Assembly (NCBI GenBank): GCA_037305845.1 | Contig: CP147778.1 | Span: 672,001-736,000 of the forward strand | Source: Candidatus Freyarchaeum deiterrae | GTDB taxonomy: Archaea > Asgardarchaeota > Jordiarchaeia > Jordiarchaeales > Jordiarchaeaceae | Length of the DNA: 64,000 bases | Direction of reading: 5' to 3' | Shown: positions 48,027-57,578 of the stretch, piece after piece | Layout of the letters: each line of letters begins with the position of its first letter | Numbering within the stretch: position 1 is the stretch's first letter | Notes under the pieces: model-generated | What the model was told of the DNA's origin: nothing | Databases searched by the model: none | Seen by the model: only the letters and a program-made list of their open reading frames with translations | Program-made: the position numbers and the translations under genes

Positions 48027-51000
48027 TTATAGAATACGAAGAAGATATTCCCTTCCTTTAGTTATATCCAAGTAAGTCCATCGACATAAAGACTCTTCTT
48101 GAATTATTTCAGACAGCTCTGCTTGTGTGAGAGAAAATAACCAGTCCATTACAGAATTGAATTTTATGCTCTTTTCAGTAATCTGATAAGCCTTCGCTAA
48201 TCTTTTAGAACAGTTCCTATTTGAGACACCAAGAGCCGAACAAAAAACTGCCACCAAGTTATCCACTCCGTATTTTGCGAAGGCGGGAAGCAACCCTACT
48301 CCTTTCGAATATTTTATTTCTTTATATTCTAGCAGTTTTGTGATCGCCCATAGCACCCAAGGGGCATAATACATTAACTGCACGTGAATATAGGCGAACG
48401 TTTTTAACATTTTTTTCTCGAAAGTTCTTTCACTAAAGTATTTTTCCGCGATTTCAAAATGGTTTTTTCCGAAAATCCAATCCATTAATATCTGCCCTTG
48501 TTGCATTTGTGGTCTAAAAGTTTCAGAAACTCTTACTTCTTGAGGGACGAAAGCAAGGTCTAGAATTTTCAAAAGTCTATTGTTAAAAAAAGGGCGCTCG
48601 GCGTTGACAGGTATATTGAATATGTTACCACGCTGATTCGTTATTTCGTCTATTTCTATCGAGAGGCGCTCACAACTTTCAGGCGAAAGTCCTGTTTTAT
48701 TGCAAATAAATCCAAAATCAGTGGGTCTATAAGGACTCCCACTAACTAGCATCTTTTTCTCTTGCATATGGTCCAACTGACTTTGTATGTGTTTCACCAT
48801 TTCTTGGTATGTTGGAGAATCCTTGGAAGTTTTATAACCAAAAAATGTCAAGTCTATGAGCTTACGAGGTTCGTCTCCTTTATATATTCCATCACATATT
48901 ACCGACAATAGTTCGGTTTGGAAAGCTATTACATTTTTGTCGTTGAAGTTTATTTCTCTTTTACCTTCTACCAGTGTCTTAAGAGCACTTTCTACAGGCT
49001 CAAGTTGTTCTCTACTGGATTCAAGATACCTCTCGACATAGGAAATTTCCTTTTCAGGGGGTTTCAACAGTATGACATGCCCTTCTGTATTTTGAAGCGC
49101 TCGTCCCGATCTACCAGCGATATTCCTATATAGCATTTTTGTTAGTGGAACCCATACCCATCTTCCAGTGGAAGATAAATACTCTTGAAAATTGAGATAA
49201 GGTATTATTACGGTACTAACTGGTGTGTTGATTCCTTCTGCAAGTGTTGTGGTGCTGGTTATTACTCTTATGTCTCCTAACCTTACAAGTCTTTCGATCT
49301 CGCTTCTAACCTCTGCAGGGAGATCAGCGTGATGATACGCTATTCCTTTGTCAATGTATTTTGATAGAGGGAAATTATTTCCAAATTCCGCTATAATACG
49401 GTCGGAGAGTTGTTTCAATCTCTCTTTTGTTTCGTTTGTCGGTGTAAAGAATAACCCCTCATTGTAAAGTTTTTTGACTATATCCTCCGCCGTAGCTTTT
49501 TTATTACAAAATATCAAAACGGGACCAAGAGGCTGATAAATTTTAGTTAATATTACAGCTTGATCCGATAAAGATTTTCCAATAGATTCTGACACCCTTA
49601 GTTTAAGACCCTTCATTTCGTCATAATAGTCTACCCAACCATCACGTAATATTGCCTGAAGTATCCTAGTAGGGTGCCATTCAACACTTATGTACTTTGA
49701 TTTATCATTTCCCATCCAATCCGCTATTTCATTCGGATTGTTCATTACAGCAGACAAAAACAAGATTCGACTATCTTGCAGTAGATGTGTTATCCTTATA
49801 ACTAACATCTCAAGGTGGATTCCTCTATTCTCTCCTGTCTGAATTGTTTGAGCCTCATCGAACACAAAAAGGCCACATTTTGTTGTTATGGAGTGCTTTT
49901 CCTTCAAAAGCAAACTTAGTTTTTCTGGTGTAGTAATCAGCACATTGCAGTTTTCCAGTTTAAGTCTCACAATTTCGGGATGATCATAAGACCCAACTAA
50001 AAAAGATACTTTGAAACCCAGTTTTGGTATTCGATTTCTTAAATCTCTCTCCACTTGCAATGCTAGTGCTCTACTCGGAGCTACATAAATGCAGGTAGAA
50101 CTGGGAGTTCTGATTAGAGAGTTTACTATAGCAAATTCCGCAATAAGAGTCTTACCCGCACTAGTTGGCATCGAAACTACGAAGCGTTTAACATTTTCAC
50201 TTAGCAAACCATTTTCAATTGCTTGTAATTGAGATTCCCAAAGTTCTATTATTGGAGTTTGGGAAGAGACTAAAAGACGTAGGTAATCATGAGATTTTTC
50301 CATATACTTTGCCAAAGTAACCCAAATGCTTCTCTTGTGAATTTGTTGCACAACTATTAAAAGCAAGGATGAAATTCCGAAATTTTCGGAATCTCCATAG
50401 TTCAAGAAAATATTTACTCCTCGACTCAGAGCGTCCATGCACTTCTCGAAAAAATGAGATTTGCCTTCCGTTACAAATTGATAGAAATAACTAATAGCCG
50501 TGGAAATCTCAAGATATCCCAAAAATTTTATTAGACCAGTACTTTGTTCTTCGTTTTTTTCATATGCTTTGATCACTTCTTGAATCTTTTCCTTTTCTGA
50601 AATGGCCATGTTATAAAGTTGCGGGATCTCATGAAATCTTCTCGACAAAAGGTAAAGGATAAGAAGCTCAACATAGTGAAAAAATCTAGGAACAATTTCT
50701 AAAGGTCTTGCCTCAGACATCAAAATTTCAATAACTTCATTTGCCATAACAATACAATTGGCAGGATTCCCGCAGCTATCATAACAGATTGCAGCGTGTT
50801 TGAGTATATTCATTCTATATGTTGATGGAAGATCTAAGTATTTGCCTATATACTCAAAGAGTCTTCCAGCATAGGAGAGGATCTGATAAGCATCTTGGAC
50901 ATGAATGTCATAAGACACTAATTTCACTCCTGCAAGCTCTAGGTAATAGGCGGTTAGGACAAGGTCACTTGCCTCTGCCCGTTCTTCCAAGGCCTCCCGT

Positions 51001-51158
51001 TCTTTCAGCCAGAACTCAAGGTTTTCTTTCTTTATCAAACTTCTGTTGTAGTAATCCTTAGCTATGTTTGAGAGCGCAAGTGATATATCCTCTCTTTCTA
51101 GAACTGCTTGTGCTTTTTTAATTATGGAAGCAATATCGAAGGCTGGGCGACTTTTCAA
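48027..51158 (-). CDS. hamB: Ski2-like DEAD/DEAH helicase, Hachiman HamB-like
   Basis: MPTSAGKT, TPEK, DEAQ, LSA, HHADLP, TTTLAEGIN, NIAGRSGR; helical N-terminus; ATGA overlap with the upstream HamA-like gene. Confidence 0.78.
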   Translation of the reverse strand: MKSRPAFDIASIIKKAQAVLEREDISLALSNIAKDYYNRSLIKKENLEFWLKEREALEERAEASDLVLTAYYLELAGVKLVSYDIHVQDAYQILSYAGRLFEYIGKYLDLPSTYRMNILKHAAICYDSCGNPANCIVMANEVIEILMSEARPLEIVPRFFHYVELLILYLLSRRFHEIPQLYNMAISEKEKIQEVIKAYEKNEEQSTGLIKFLGYLEISTAISYFYQFVTEGKSHFFEKCMDALSRGVNIFLNYGDSENFGISSLLLIVVQQIHKRSIWVTLAKYMEKSHDYLRLLVSSQTPIIELWESQLQAIENGLLSENVKRFVVSMPTSAGKTLIAEFAIVNSLIRTPSSTCIYVAPSRALALQVERDLRNRIPKLGFKVSFLVGSYDHPEIVRLKLENCNVLITTPEKLSLLLKEKHSITTKCGLFVFDEAQTIQTGENRGIHLEMLVIRITHLLQDSRILFLSAVMNNPNEIADWMGNDKSKYISVEWHPTRILQAILRDGWVDYYDEMKGLKLRVSESIGKSLSDQAVILTKIYQPLGPVLIFCNKKATAEDIVKKLYNEGLFFTPTNETKERLKQLSDRIIAEFGNNFPLSKYIDKGIAYHHADLPAEVRSEIERLVRLGDIRVITSTTTLAEGINTPVSTVIIPYLNFQEYLSSTGRWVWVPLTKMLYRNIAGRSGRALQNTEGHVILLKPPEKEISYVERYLESSREQLEPVESALKTLVEGKREINFNDKNVIAFQTELLSVICDGIYKGDEPRKLIDLTFFGYKTSKDSPTYQEMVKHIQSQLDHMQEKKMLVSGSPYRPTDFGFICNKTGLSPESCERLSIEIDEITNQRGNIFNIPVNAERPFFNNRLLKILDLAFVPQEVRVSETFRPQMQQGQILMDWIFGKNHFEIAEKYFSERTFEKKMLKTFAYIHVQLMYYAPWVLWAITKLLEYKEIKYSKGVGLLPAFAKYGVDNLVAVFCSALGVSNRNCSKRLAKAYQITEKSIKFNSVMDWLFSLTQAELSEIIQEESLCRWTYLDITKGREYLLRIL

Positions 51159-51976
51159 TGTTTAATCCTCCTAAAAATATCTTCTGTAACATCTTCAAGA
51201 TTTTCCACAAGATGATTGTAGACTTTGAATCTTCTATCAAGTTGAGTTGCAGGATAAAGCGCCATTACACACTTGTCGATGTCCACTTGAGAATCCACCA
51301 GAAAAAAAGTGACATTATAAATATTTTTGGAGGGGTATTGCATGAATCTCTGAAGGAAATCAAGTATACGCTCATAGTATTGTATAATCCCAAGGTCATT
51401 TTCTATCCTTTTCAGAAGTAAATTTAATTCATCACATAATTTCAAATCGTTTAATACTTTGAAGGCGGATATTATTCCTTTATCGGTCCTAGTTATTTCA
51501 TTCAAAAGGTCCTTTGTATCTTTTCTCCACTTAACTGATGTGACGTACATAGTATCCCCTAAAGGCACATCTCTGAATTCGAAGGCAAATACGTCAATCC
51601 CATGTTCCGGCATTTCACTGTGGCTTTTATTAGCCCACTTATGATAGGGTACAAACAAGCCGAACAATTTTTCAAATGACAAACAACTTACAGCTTCGGC
51701 TAAGTCTCCTTTTTGTATTTCTGGTCTGGAAGGAACTATCCTAGAAATTAGCTCGTCCAACGACAGACCAAATCTGGTGTTTGTTTCTAACAAGCTCTGT
51801 AGTAAATTTTTTGAATAATTAGGTGAATAGTGATCTCTCATATAGTCTGTAACAGTTTCTTTCCATGGGGTTAAGCATTCCTTTTTGATGAAAATGTCTG
51901 TTCTGTCGCAGATACTATTCCAATTGCAAGATAATTGAATCTCCGTAAGAGAGTTTAACGGGGGAATGCTTGCCAT
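51155..51976 (-). CDS. hamA: Hachiman HamA (DUF1837)-like nuclease
   Basis: GDLAE, KW...MPEHGIDV, YVTSVK; coupled to the helicase. Confidence 0.7.
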   Translation of the reverse strand: MASIPPLNSLTEIQLSCNWNSICDRTDIFIKKECLTPWKETVTDYMRDHYSPNYSKNLLQSLLETNTRFGLSLDELISRIVPSRPEIQKGDLAEAVSCLSFEKLFGLFVPYHKWANKSHSEMPEHGIDVFAFEFRDVPLGDTMYVTSVKWRKDTKDLLNEITRTDKGIISAFKVLNDLKLCDELNLLLKRIENDLGIIQYYERILDFLQRFMQYPSKNIYNVTFFLVDSQVDIDKCVMALYPATQLDRRFKVYNHLVENLEDVTEDIFRRIKH

Positions 51977-52582
51977 TAAATATCACCACTTCCCTATCGG
52001 CAAGGCTCTGGAAACGGGCAACTAGATAAGTATTTTGTCTTTCTTGATATAAATGTAATTCTGTCTGTCTAATGTAACTAACGTAACCTAAGAAAGAAAA
52101 ATTAATCTAGTTAAAGGCAATGGACTAAAACAATTCGTAAAAAAACGTTTTAAAACTGAAGATATTTCTAATTTCTGGCGCGTTATCTTGGCACACAGTA
52201 ATCGGAAAAATCTCAATTTATTTTCTATGGCTCTACACAATGAACTGCCATATTCCGAAAAGTCGGTACAACATGTAAAAAATATCCACCATTCTAAAGA
52301 ATCAGCAAAAATCCCATATTTTTCGATATAAATTGTATAACGGCACCTGACCCCTTATGGACTTCCTCTTCTTGATGTTTTATTCTTCTTATTCGAACCT
52401 TTTCTTCTGCGTTCATTTTTTTGGTGTTTTGTTTATGATTTCTTCTTGTATTATTGAGTCGAATATTTTTCTATTTCTTTTGGACTGCCTTATTTTTCAG
52501 CTGTTAGGGTTTAATGCTTTTTTGTAATTTGTCGAGGGGTTTATTCTAACGTCTTAAAGAATTATATAAAAATTTAAACGAA

Positions 52583-53335
52583 ATGTGTATATTTTTTTAT
52601 AGTTCTCCAATTACTTACAGGATACGTGTGGGTGAATTTGAATTGGAATATGCTGATTTTAAAGAGAAGATATCCCAAATTAAGCAAATGGGTTACGTCG
52701 ATTCTCATCGAAAGGGACCAACGGGGATTGGTAAAACTTTGGAGGATTTGTTAGGGATAACAGAAAATAACATTGCGGGCCCAGATTTTAGCACTTATGA
52801 ATTGAAATCCGGCAGGAAGGGTGCGGCCTCTATGCTTACTCTGTTCACTAGTGCGCCTGAACCGGAAGGAGTTAATGGAATTTTATTGGAAGTGTATGGG
52901 TATAAGTCGCGAAAAAAAGGAATTTCGGAAAAGGAGTTGCACGTAACTGTTGATTCAATTAAGCCGAATAGTGTTGGTTTGCAATTAACTGTAGAAGGTA
53001 AGCGATTGTATATTGCTAATAATCCAAAGGTTAGGGCATATTATGAGGAAGCCATTCTTAAACAGGTTTTTGAGGCTAAGTATCATAAACTTGTCTATGT
53101 TTTGGCGGATAATCAGTTAAGCGGAAAAAAGGAACAGTTTTGGTATACCGAGGCATATTTGCTTGATGGTTTTAGTTTTAAGCGGTTCTCTGAACTTGTC
53201 AAGGAAGGTATTCTTAAGGTGGATATTCGAATCGGGCATTATTCTGATGGACGGTTGCATGATCATGGAACTGGTTTTAGGATATTGCCTAAGTATCTGC
53301 CTCGTTGCTTTGAGACTATTCAGCAAATACTTTGA
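52583..53335 (+). CDS. MvaI/BcnI-family type II restriction endonuclease
   Basis: GPTGIGKTLEDLLGI.ENN...PDF..YELKS.R, LTLFT..P, HDHGTGFR; probable start TTG ~52643. Confidence 0.88.
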   Translation: MCIFFYSSPITYRIRVGEFELEYADFKEKISQIKQMGYVDSHRKGPTGIGKTLEDLLGITENNIAGPDFSTYELKSGRKGAASMLTLFTSAPEPEGVNGILLEVYGYKSRKKGISEKELHVTVDSIKPNSVGLQLTVEGKRLYIANNPKVRAYYEEAILKQVFEAKYHKLVYVLADNQLSGKKEQFWYTEAYLLDGFSFKRFSELVKEGILKVDIRIGHYSDGRLHDHGTGFRILPKYLPRCFETIQQIL

Positions 53336-53339
53336 GTTG

Positions 53340-54227
53340 CTATTTTGGTGGTCTCCAGAAGTCGAGTATGTACTCCATGGTTGCTCCTAGTGATATGAAA
53401 TTGTTTGGGTATCCGAAGATTCCTACTTTGTTTACGAGGTCTCTTTTGTCCCAGATGAAGGTGTTTCTGAATTCGAATCCTGCTTTTTGTAGTGCTTCTA
53501 TGACGTGGATGTGGGTTAGGTGTCTTTTGTTTTCCCACCATACGTCGTTTATGTTTATTATGCAGTGGGCTTTGGGTTTCATGAGTGGTAGGATGCCGGA
53601 GTATATTTCTTCGAGTGCTTTGGAGTATTCTTCGTGTTTCATTGTTCCTAGGTCGCGGGGATCGTTGGAGTATTGTTGTACTTTGAGGTATTGGTCGTTG
53701 TCTCTGAGGTCGCCTCTTATGCTTTTGTTCAGTCTCTGGCGGTTCAGCATGTTTGCGTAGGGTGGGGAGGTTACGCATAGGGACACTGTATTCTCTTCCA
53801 AATATTCTGGTATTTTATGGGCATCGTCGACTATTGCTAGTTGTTGTGCGCGGGGTACTAGTCGGGATTGTGCGAGTCGTTTCTTGGCTATTTTGACGTA
53901 TTCCTCGTTTAAGTCGAATCCAACGGCGTTTCGGTTTAGGTCTTGGGCGGCGACTAGTGTTGTGCCAATTCCGACGAATGGGTCTAAAACTAGTTCTCCT
54001 TCATGTGTGAGGAGCTTTATGAAGTGTGCAGGGAGAGCTATTGGGAATACTGCGGGGTGTACATTCTTGTCCCTAATGTCTCGTCCCTCGTAGTAAAAAG
54101 TTTGAATTGTGACCATACCCTTTACCCAGTCTTTTGCAGTTACACAGCTGATGTGGTTGTCGGGGCAATTGCAGGTCTTTTTATATCCTATCTTTAGTGG
54201 CTTTGTAATTTCCAGTGTTTCAGTCAA
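53340..54227 (-). CDS. N4-cytosine (N6/N4 family) DNA methyltransferase
   Basis: HPAVFP, VLDPFVGIGTT (motif I) preceding TSPPY (motif IV); convergent with the REase. Confidence 0.9.
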   Translation of the reverse strand: MTETLEITKPLKIGYKKTCNCPDNHISCVTAKDWVKGMVTIQTFYYEGRDIRDKNVHPAVFPIALPAHFIKLLTHEGELVLDPFVGIGTTLVAAQDLNRNAVGFDLNEEYVKIAKKRLAQSRLVPRAQQLAIVDDAHKIPEYLEENTVSLCVTSPPYANMLNRQRLNKSIRGDLRDNDQYLKVQQYSNDPRDLGTMKHEEYSKALEEIYSGILPLMKPKAHCIININDVWWENKRHLTHIHVIEALQKAGFEFRNTFIWDKRDLVNKVGIFGYPNNFISLGATMEYILDFWRPPK

Positions 54228-54367
54228 TTTTCTCCTTCCGTATTATTTTTAGCGGTTTTGATTAGTCTCCTTATAATGTCGTCGTACGTTTCTCCTTTTC
54301 TACCCAGCTTTTTTAATTGTTCCCTCACGGATTTCGATAGTTGAATTGTGGTTAAATCATTAGTCAC
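54224..54367 (-). CDS. 47-aa ribbon-helix-helix protein MTNDLTTIQLSKSVREQLKKLGRKGETYDDIIRRLIKTAKNNTEGEN
   Basis: Below track cutoff; TTIQL strand, helix, GETYDDIIRRL; its stop overlaps the MTase TTG start (TTGA). Confidence 0.75.
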   Translation of the reverse strand: MTNDLTTIQLSKSVREQLKKLGRKGETYDDIIRRLIKTAKNNTEGEN

Positions 54368-54374
54368 ACATAAC

Positions 54375-54410
54375 ACCGTATAACGGTTATATGATTATGC
54401 CTTTTTAAAA
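54375..54410 (-). promoter_or_regulatory. Candidate operator (ACCGT-ata-ACGGT) and TATA-like box of the RHH-MTase operon
   Basis: Inverted repeat at 54375-54387, 8 nt upstream of the GTG; TTTTAAAA at 54403-54410. Confidence 0.4.
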
Positions 54411-54596
54411 GTTACTACGAATATACTCACGAGGCATAATAGAACAATCTAGCTGTGGTTGAAGCTGGTTCTTAAGTATTACTTTTGTAAACAGCAGTCT
54501 AACCTCTATCTTGAACTTTTGAATGTCAACAACAGATACAGGCCAAACGATTTTTCGGGGTTCTTTCACTTACAAAAAGTTCTTGTCAGGTTTGGA

Positions 54597-55394
54597 TTAC
54601 AAGTTAATTCCGTATTTTCTAAACAACTCCGCTAGTAGTTCTGGAGTGATTAATGCGCAATACATTATTTTATTTTCGTTGATTTTAGTGAAATAGTGAT
54701 ATGCAGCTTGAATTGAACTTTCAACTTTTTTTGATAAAGGGCACCCATAAATCCAAACAAATCCGTCTATACTATATTCCATGGCCTTTGATGTTTGAGA
54801 GCGTATCTTATCTTCCGAAATATCATCATTTACACTTTTAATTTGAAAGCCTATAGTTGCATTCTGAATCTTCTTTGAGATATCTATACCAGAATATTCT
54901 TTTGTTCCGTGCAAGAACACTTGAAATGATTGAGTAATTTTTTGTAACAAGATTTCAAATGCATCTATGATTTTGTCGTGTGGATTTTTATTATTTCCAA
55001 ATGCATTAATAATAATTTTTCTTTCATCAATAAATTTTGATTTGTCAAAGCCTAACTCTAGATAAGAATTGATAAAGTTTTTAGCAATTTCAAATTTTGG
55101 AAACTTTTCTTCCGAAGGCAGATCAATTTGAAGAAGTTTGGAAAACAGTTGTTTAGCAAAATCACTTTTACTTACTATATTGATGCTAAAAAATGATGTC
55201 TTAATATTCTCGATGGATTTAAAAAAATTGTCTAGCGTGACCTTTTTATGAACTTGTAGAAGTTTATAATAAACCTCAACGATTTTATTCGCAAAATTGT
55301 CTATATCTTGATAGTCATTGTCATGAATAAAATCCATTGTGATGGAGAGTAACTTTATCCTAATTGCTTCATTCATTTTCTTCTCCTTATTCAT
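54597..55394 (-). CDS. Protein with C-terminal restriction-endonuclease-like (Mrr-like D...QxK) domain
   Basis: HGTKEYSGIDI...IGFQIKS; last gene of the wHTH operon. Confidence 0.6.
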   Translation of the reverse strand: MNKEKKMNEAIRIKLLSITMDFIHDNDYQDIDNFANKIVEVYYKLLQVHKKVTLDNFFKSIENIKTSFFSINIVSKSDFAKQLFSKLLQIDLPSEEKFPKFEIAKNFINSYLELGFDKSKFIDERKIIINAFGNNKNPHDKIIDAFEILLQKITQSFQVFLHGTKEYSGIDISKKIQNATIGFQIKSVNDDISEDKIRSQTSKAMEYSIDGFVWIYGCPLSKKVESSIQAAYHYFTKINENKIMYCALITPELLAELFRKYGINL

Positions 55395-55845
55395 CTTTAG
55401 CTACTTGAGTTTCATCTGAAATTTCAAATGAAGCTTTTTCTTTTTCTAACTCAAAATCTTTGAGAAGTTTTTGGCTGATTCTGAGAAGTGCATCTACCTT
55501 TCTCTTTTTATAAATAATGCCTTCATTAGTAGCTTCTTTAACCTCTATCAATCCCATATCTTTCAATTTTGTAATTTCTATAGAAACGTTTGGAAGTTGT
55601 AGCTTTAAATCGTTTGCAATTTTTCCTACAACCCTTTTACCGTCAATAGCGAGATAGATTCTTGCTCTGTTGATTGCTTTCTTCTTCCCAGGGACATTGC
55701 CGAAGAAACTCATAATCTCTTCTAAAATCTCTTTGGAATGAGCACGTGTTATTAATTCAATATTGCTGTCCATAGCTTCTTGGTGCCAGCGTATTTTTTT
55801 AACCTCTCCGAATAAGTCTTCTGTTTCAGGCATAACCATCACCAA
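55387..55845 (-). CDS. Winged-helix DNA-binding protein
   Basis: RIYLAIDGKR.V..IA..L.LQLPNVS.EI.KL...GLIE.......IYKK. Confidence 0.8.
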   Translation of the reverse strand: MVMVMPETEDLFGEVKKIRWHQEAMDSNIELITRAHSKEILEEIMSFFGNVPGKKKAINRARIYLAIDGKRVVGKIANDLKLQLPNVSIEITKLKDMGLIEVKEATNEGIIYKKRKVDALLRISQKLLKDFELEKEKASFEISDETQVAKDE

Positions 55846-56084
55846 TTTTTAAATAGGAGATAATTTGTTGAACTTTCTTCCTTGCTTTTAGATTCGCAGA
55901 TGACATCTATTCCTTCATGCTCCACAAGTATCGAAACCAAAATTCCAGACATCAACACCTTTTTTATATTTTGTTTCTTTGATGTATCTATTTTGCAAGC
56001 ATCTTTTAGTTTGAAAGCTAATCTCTCAAATAAAAAAATTAGGATTTCATTTTGCTTAATTATTTTCTCCGATTCCGCGTTCAT
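55839..56084 (-). pseudogene. Decayed wHTH paralogue (internal deletion/frameshift)
   Basis: Same N-terminal helix style (EKIIKQNEILI.L..R); lacks the YxxxDG-HTH core; an alternative frame ends GRKFNKLSPI*, like a wing. Confidence 0.5.
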
Positions 56085-56509
56085 GTTTTTTCCTCTAGGG
56101 TTTTTTGCACTTGCTTTTCAAGCTTAATTGGAGGTTCGGCCTTTACTTTTTCTGTCTCAATTTCTTTTGATTGTTGCACTTCGATGCCAAAATCTTCTAG
56201 AGAGAATATACGTCTAGCTCTCTCTCCTCCTTTTACACTCATCATCTCAGCTATGCCGGCTTTAGCCCATATTTTCCACCATTTTGTTACTGTTACATGA
56301 CTGATACCTGCGAACTTAGCTACTTCTTGACTGCCCCTTCCATCACTGTGATGGTAAGTTACTTTTTCCTCGTAACTTGGTAGAATCTCTAAAAGTAACT
56401 TTTTTACTTGGGAAAAGCTGGTAACTCTTGTCCATTTCAAAATCTCTTCAAGTATCTCAATTGTTCTGTCCTGTTTATCTTTAGTTTTAGCTTCGTTCAT
56501 TTTCTTCAC
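56081..56509 (-). CDS. Winged-helix protein, paralogue of 56487..56906
   Basis: EILKWTR...EKVTYHHSDGRGSQEVAK..GISHVTVTKWWKIWAKAGI. Confidence 0.8.
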   Translation of the reverse strand: MKKMNEAKTKDKQDRTIEILEEILKWTRVTSFSQVKKLLLEILPSYEEKVTYHHSDGRGSQEVAKFAGISHVTVTKWWKIWAKAGIAEMMSVKGGERARRIFSLEDFGIEVQQSKEIETEKVKAEPPIKLEKQVQKTLEEKT

Positions 56510-56906
56510 CTGATTGAATTTCGGTCTCTTCTATTGTCGCGCGTATTTTCTTAAGACCTTCGGGGATCTCGATTCCTAAAAACTCAATTGGAGCCACCTT
56601 TCTGTAACGGCCCTGATATTGCTCTGAAGCTTCTACGAGCCCATCTGGAGCCCATCTTTTCCACATTTTGGTAACAGTTACGTGTGTAATTTGCTTGTCA
56701 ATTTTATTAAGTTCCTTAGCAATTTCACGCGAGCTTCTGTTTCCATCTGATAATTCATAGACGAATTTACTTTCATCATCCGTCAAATGAGTTTGAGCTG
56801 CTCTTCGAAGCATTGGAAGACCGGAAAGCCTTGTCCAGATTTTTATTTCTTGCAGTTCATTGTAAATCTTACTCAATAATTCTATTTCTTCAGCCAAGTA
56901 AATCAC
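56487..56906 (-). CDS. Winged-helix protein
   Basis: EIKIWTR...KFVYELSDGNRSSREIAK...ITHVTVTKMWKRWA..GLVE. Confidence 0.8.
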   Translation of the reverse strand: MIYLAEEIELLSKIYNELQEIKIWTRLSGLPMLRRAAQTHLTDDESKFVYELSDGNRSSREIAKELNKIDKQITHVTVTKMWKRWAPDGLVEASEQYQGRYRKVAPIEFLGIEIPEGLKKIRATIEETEIQSGEENERS

Positions 56907-57090
56907 TCCAATGTTTTACTGTGATATCGGTTCCCCCCAACATCCTCATATAGCACTAATCCAGATTCTAGGAGAGAAGATAGATGATAAGATACACCCG
57001 GTTGAGTAGCGCCTAACGTGCTGACTATCTCATCTAATTTATCCAGTTTGGAGGATATCTTATATTGGAGTTCAATTATTTTTGTGCCAT
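56903..57090 (-). pseudogene. Frameshifted ArsR-like wHTH gene heading the operon
   Basis: ATG GCA CAA AAA TAA (A-run one base short), then frame ELQYKISSKLDKLDEIVSTLGATQPGVSYHLSSLLESGLVLYEDVGGNRYHSKTLE*; stop overlaps the next start (GTGA). Confidence 0.7.
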
Positions 57091-57341
57091 GTTCTTCTTG
57101 ATCCGATTAGGGCCACAACTGAGCATTTTAATACTTGGTTAAAATCTTAAAATAATAAGATATAAATTTTTCTATATAATAAATATAAAAATTATAACAT
57201 TGTTATTTCTAAGTTTAGCTATATTATACACATATATTTCGTAATAATCTACAGTTTAAAATATTTCTTTTCCATAAATAAACTGAGCCTTTTCATAATG
57301 GTAATAAAATTATATGAATCGACCCCAAGGAGAGATGAGAA

Positions 57342-57578
57342 GTGGATAATGAACAATTTGAGAAATTAATGAAAAAAATTGACTTACTAGTTAAGTTGAC
57401 TAGCCTTAATGCAATTGGCAATAAAAAGTTCAAAGAACAGGTTAGAATTTTAGATGGCTTGGAACTACAACCAAAGGATATTGCAAAAATACTAGGTAGG
57501 ACACGGAATCAGGTCAATGTTACATTACATGGTCTAAGAGAAGAAGAGAAGAAGATGGAAGAAGAGACAGACGAATAG
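57342..57578 (+). CDS. Small HTH protein
   Basis: LDGLELQPKDIAKILGRTRNQVNVTLHGLR; abuts the HEPN gene. Confidence 0.75.
   Translation: MDNEQFEKLMKKIDLLVKLTSLNAIGNKKFKEQVRILDGLELQPKDIAKILGRTRNQVNVTLHGLREEEKKMEEETDE

Noticed and set aside
45453-51158. Gabija (OLD plus helicase)
   Set aside because: The neighbouring helicase is SF2 Ski2-like and coupled to a HamA-like gene, not a UvrD; 640 bp separate it from the OLD gene
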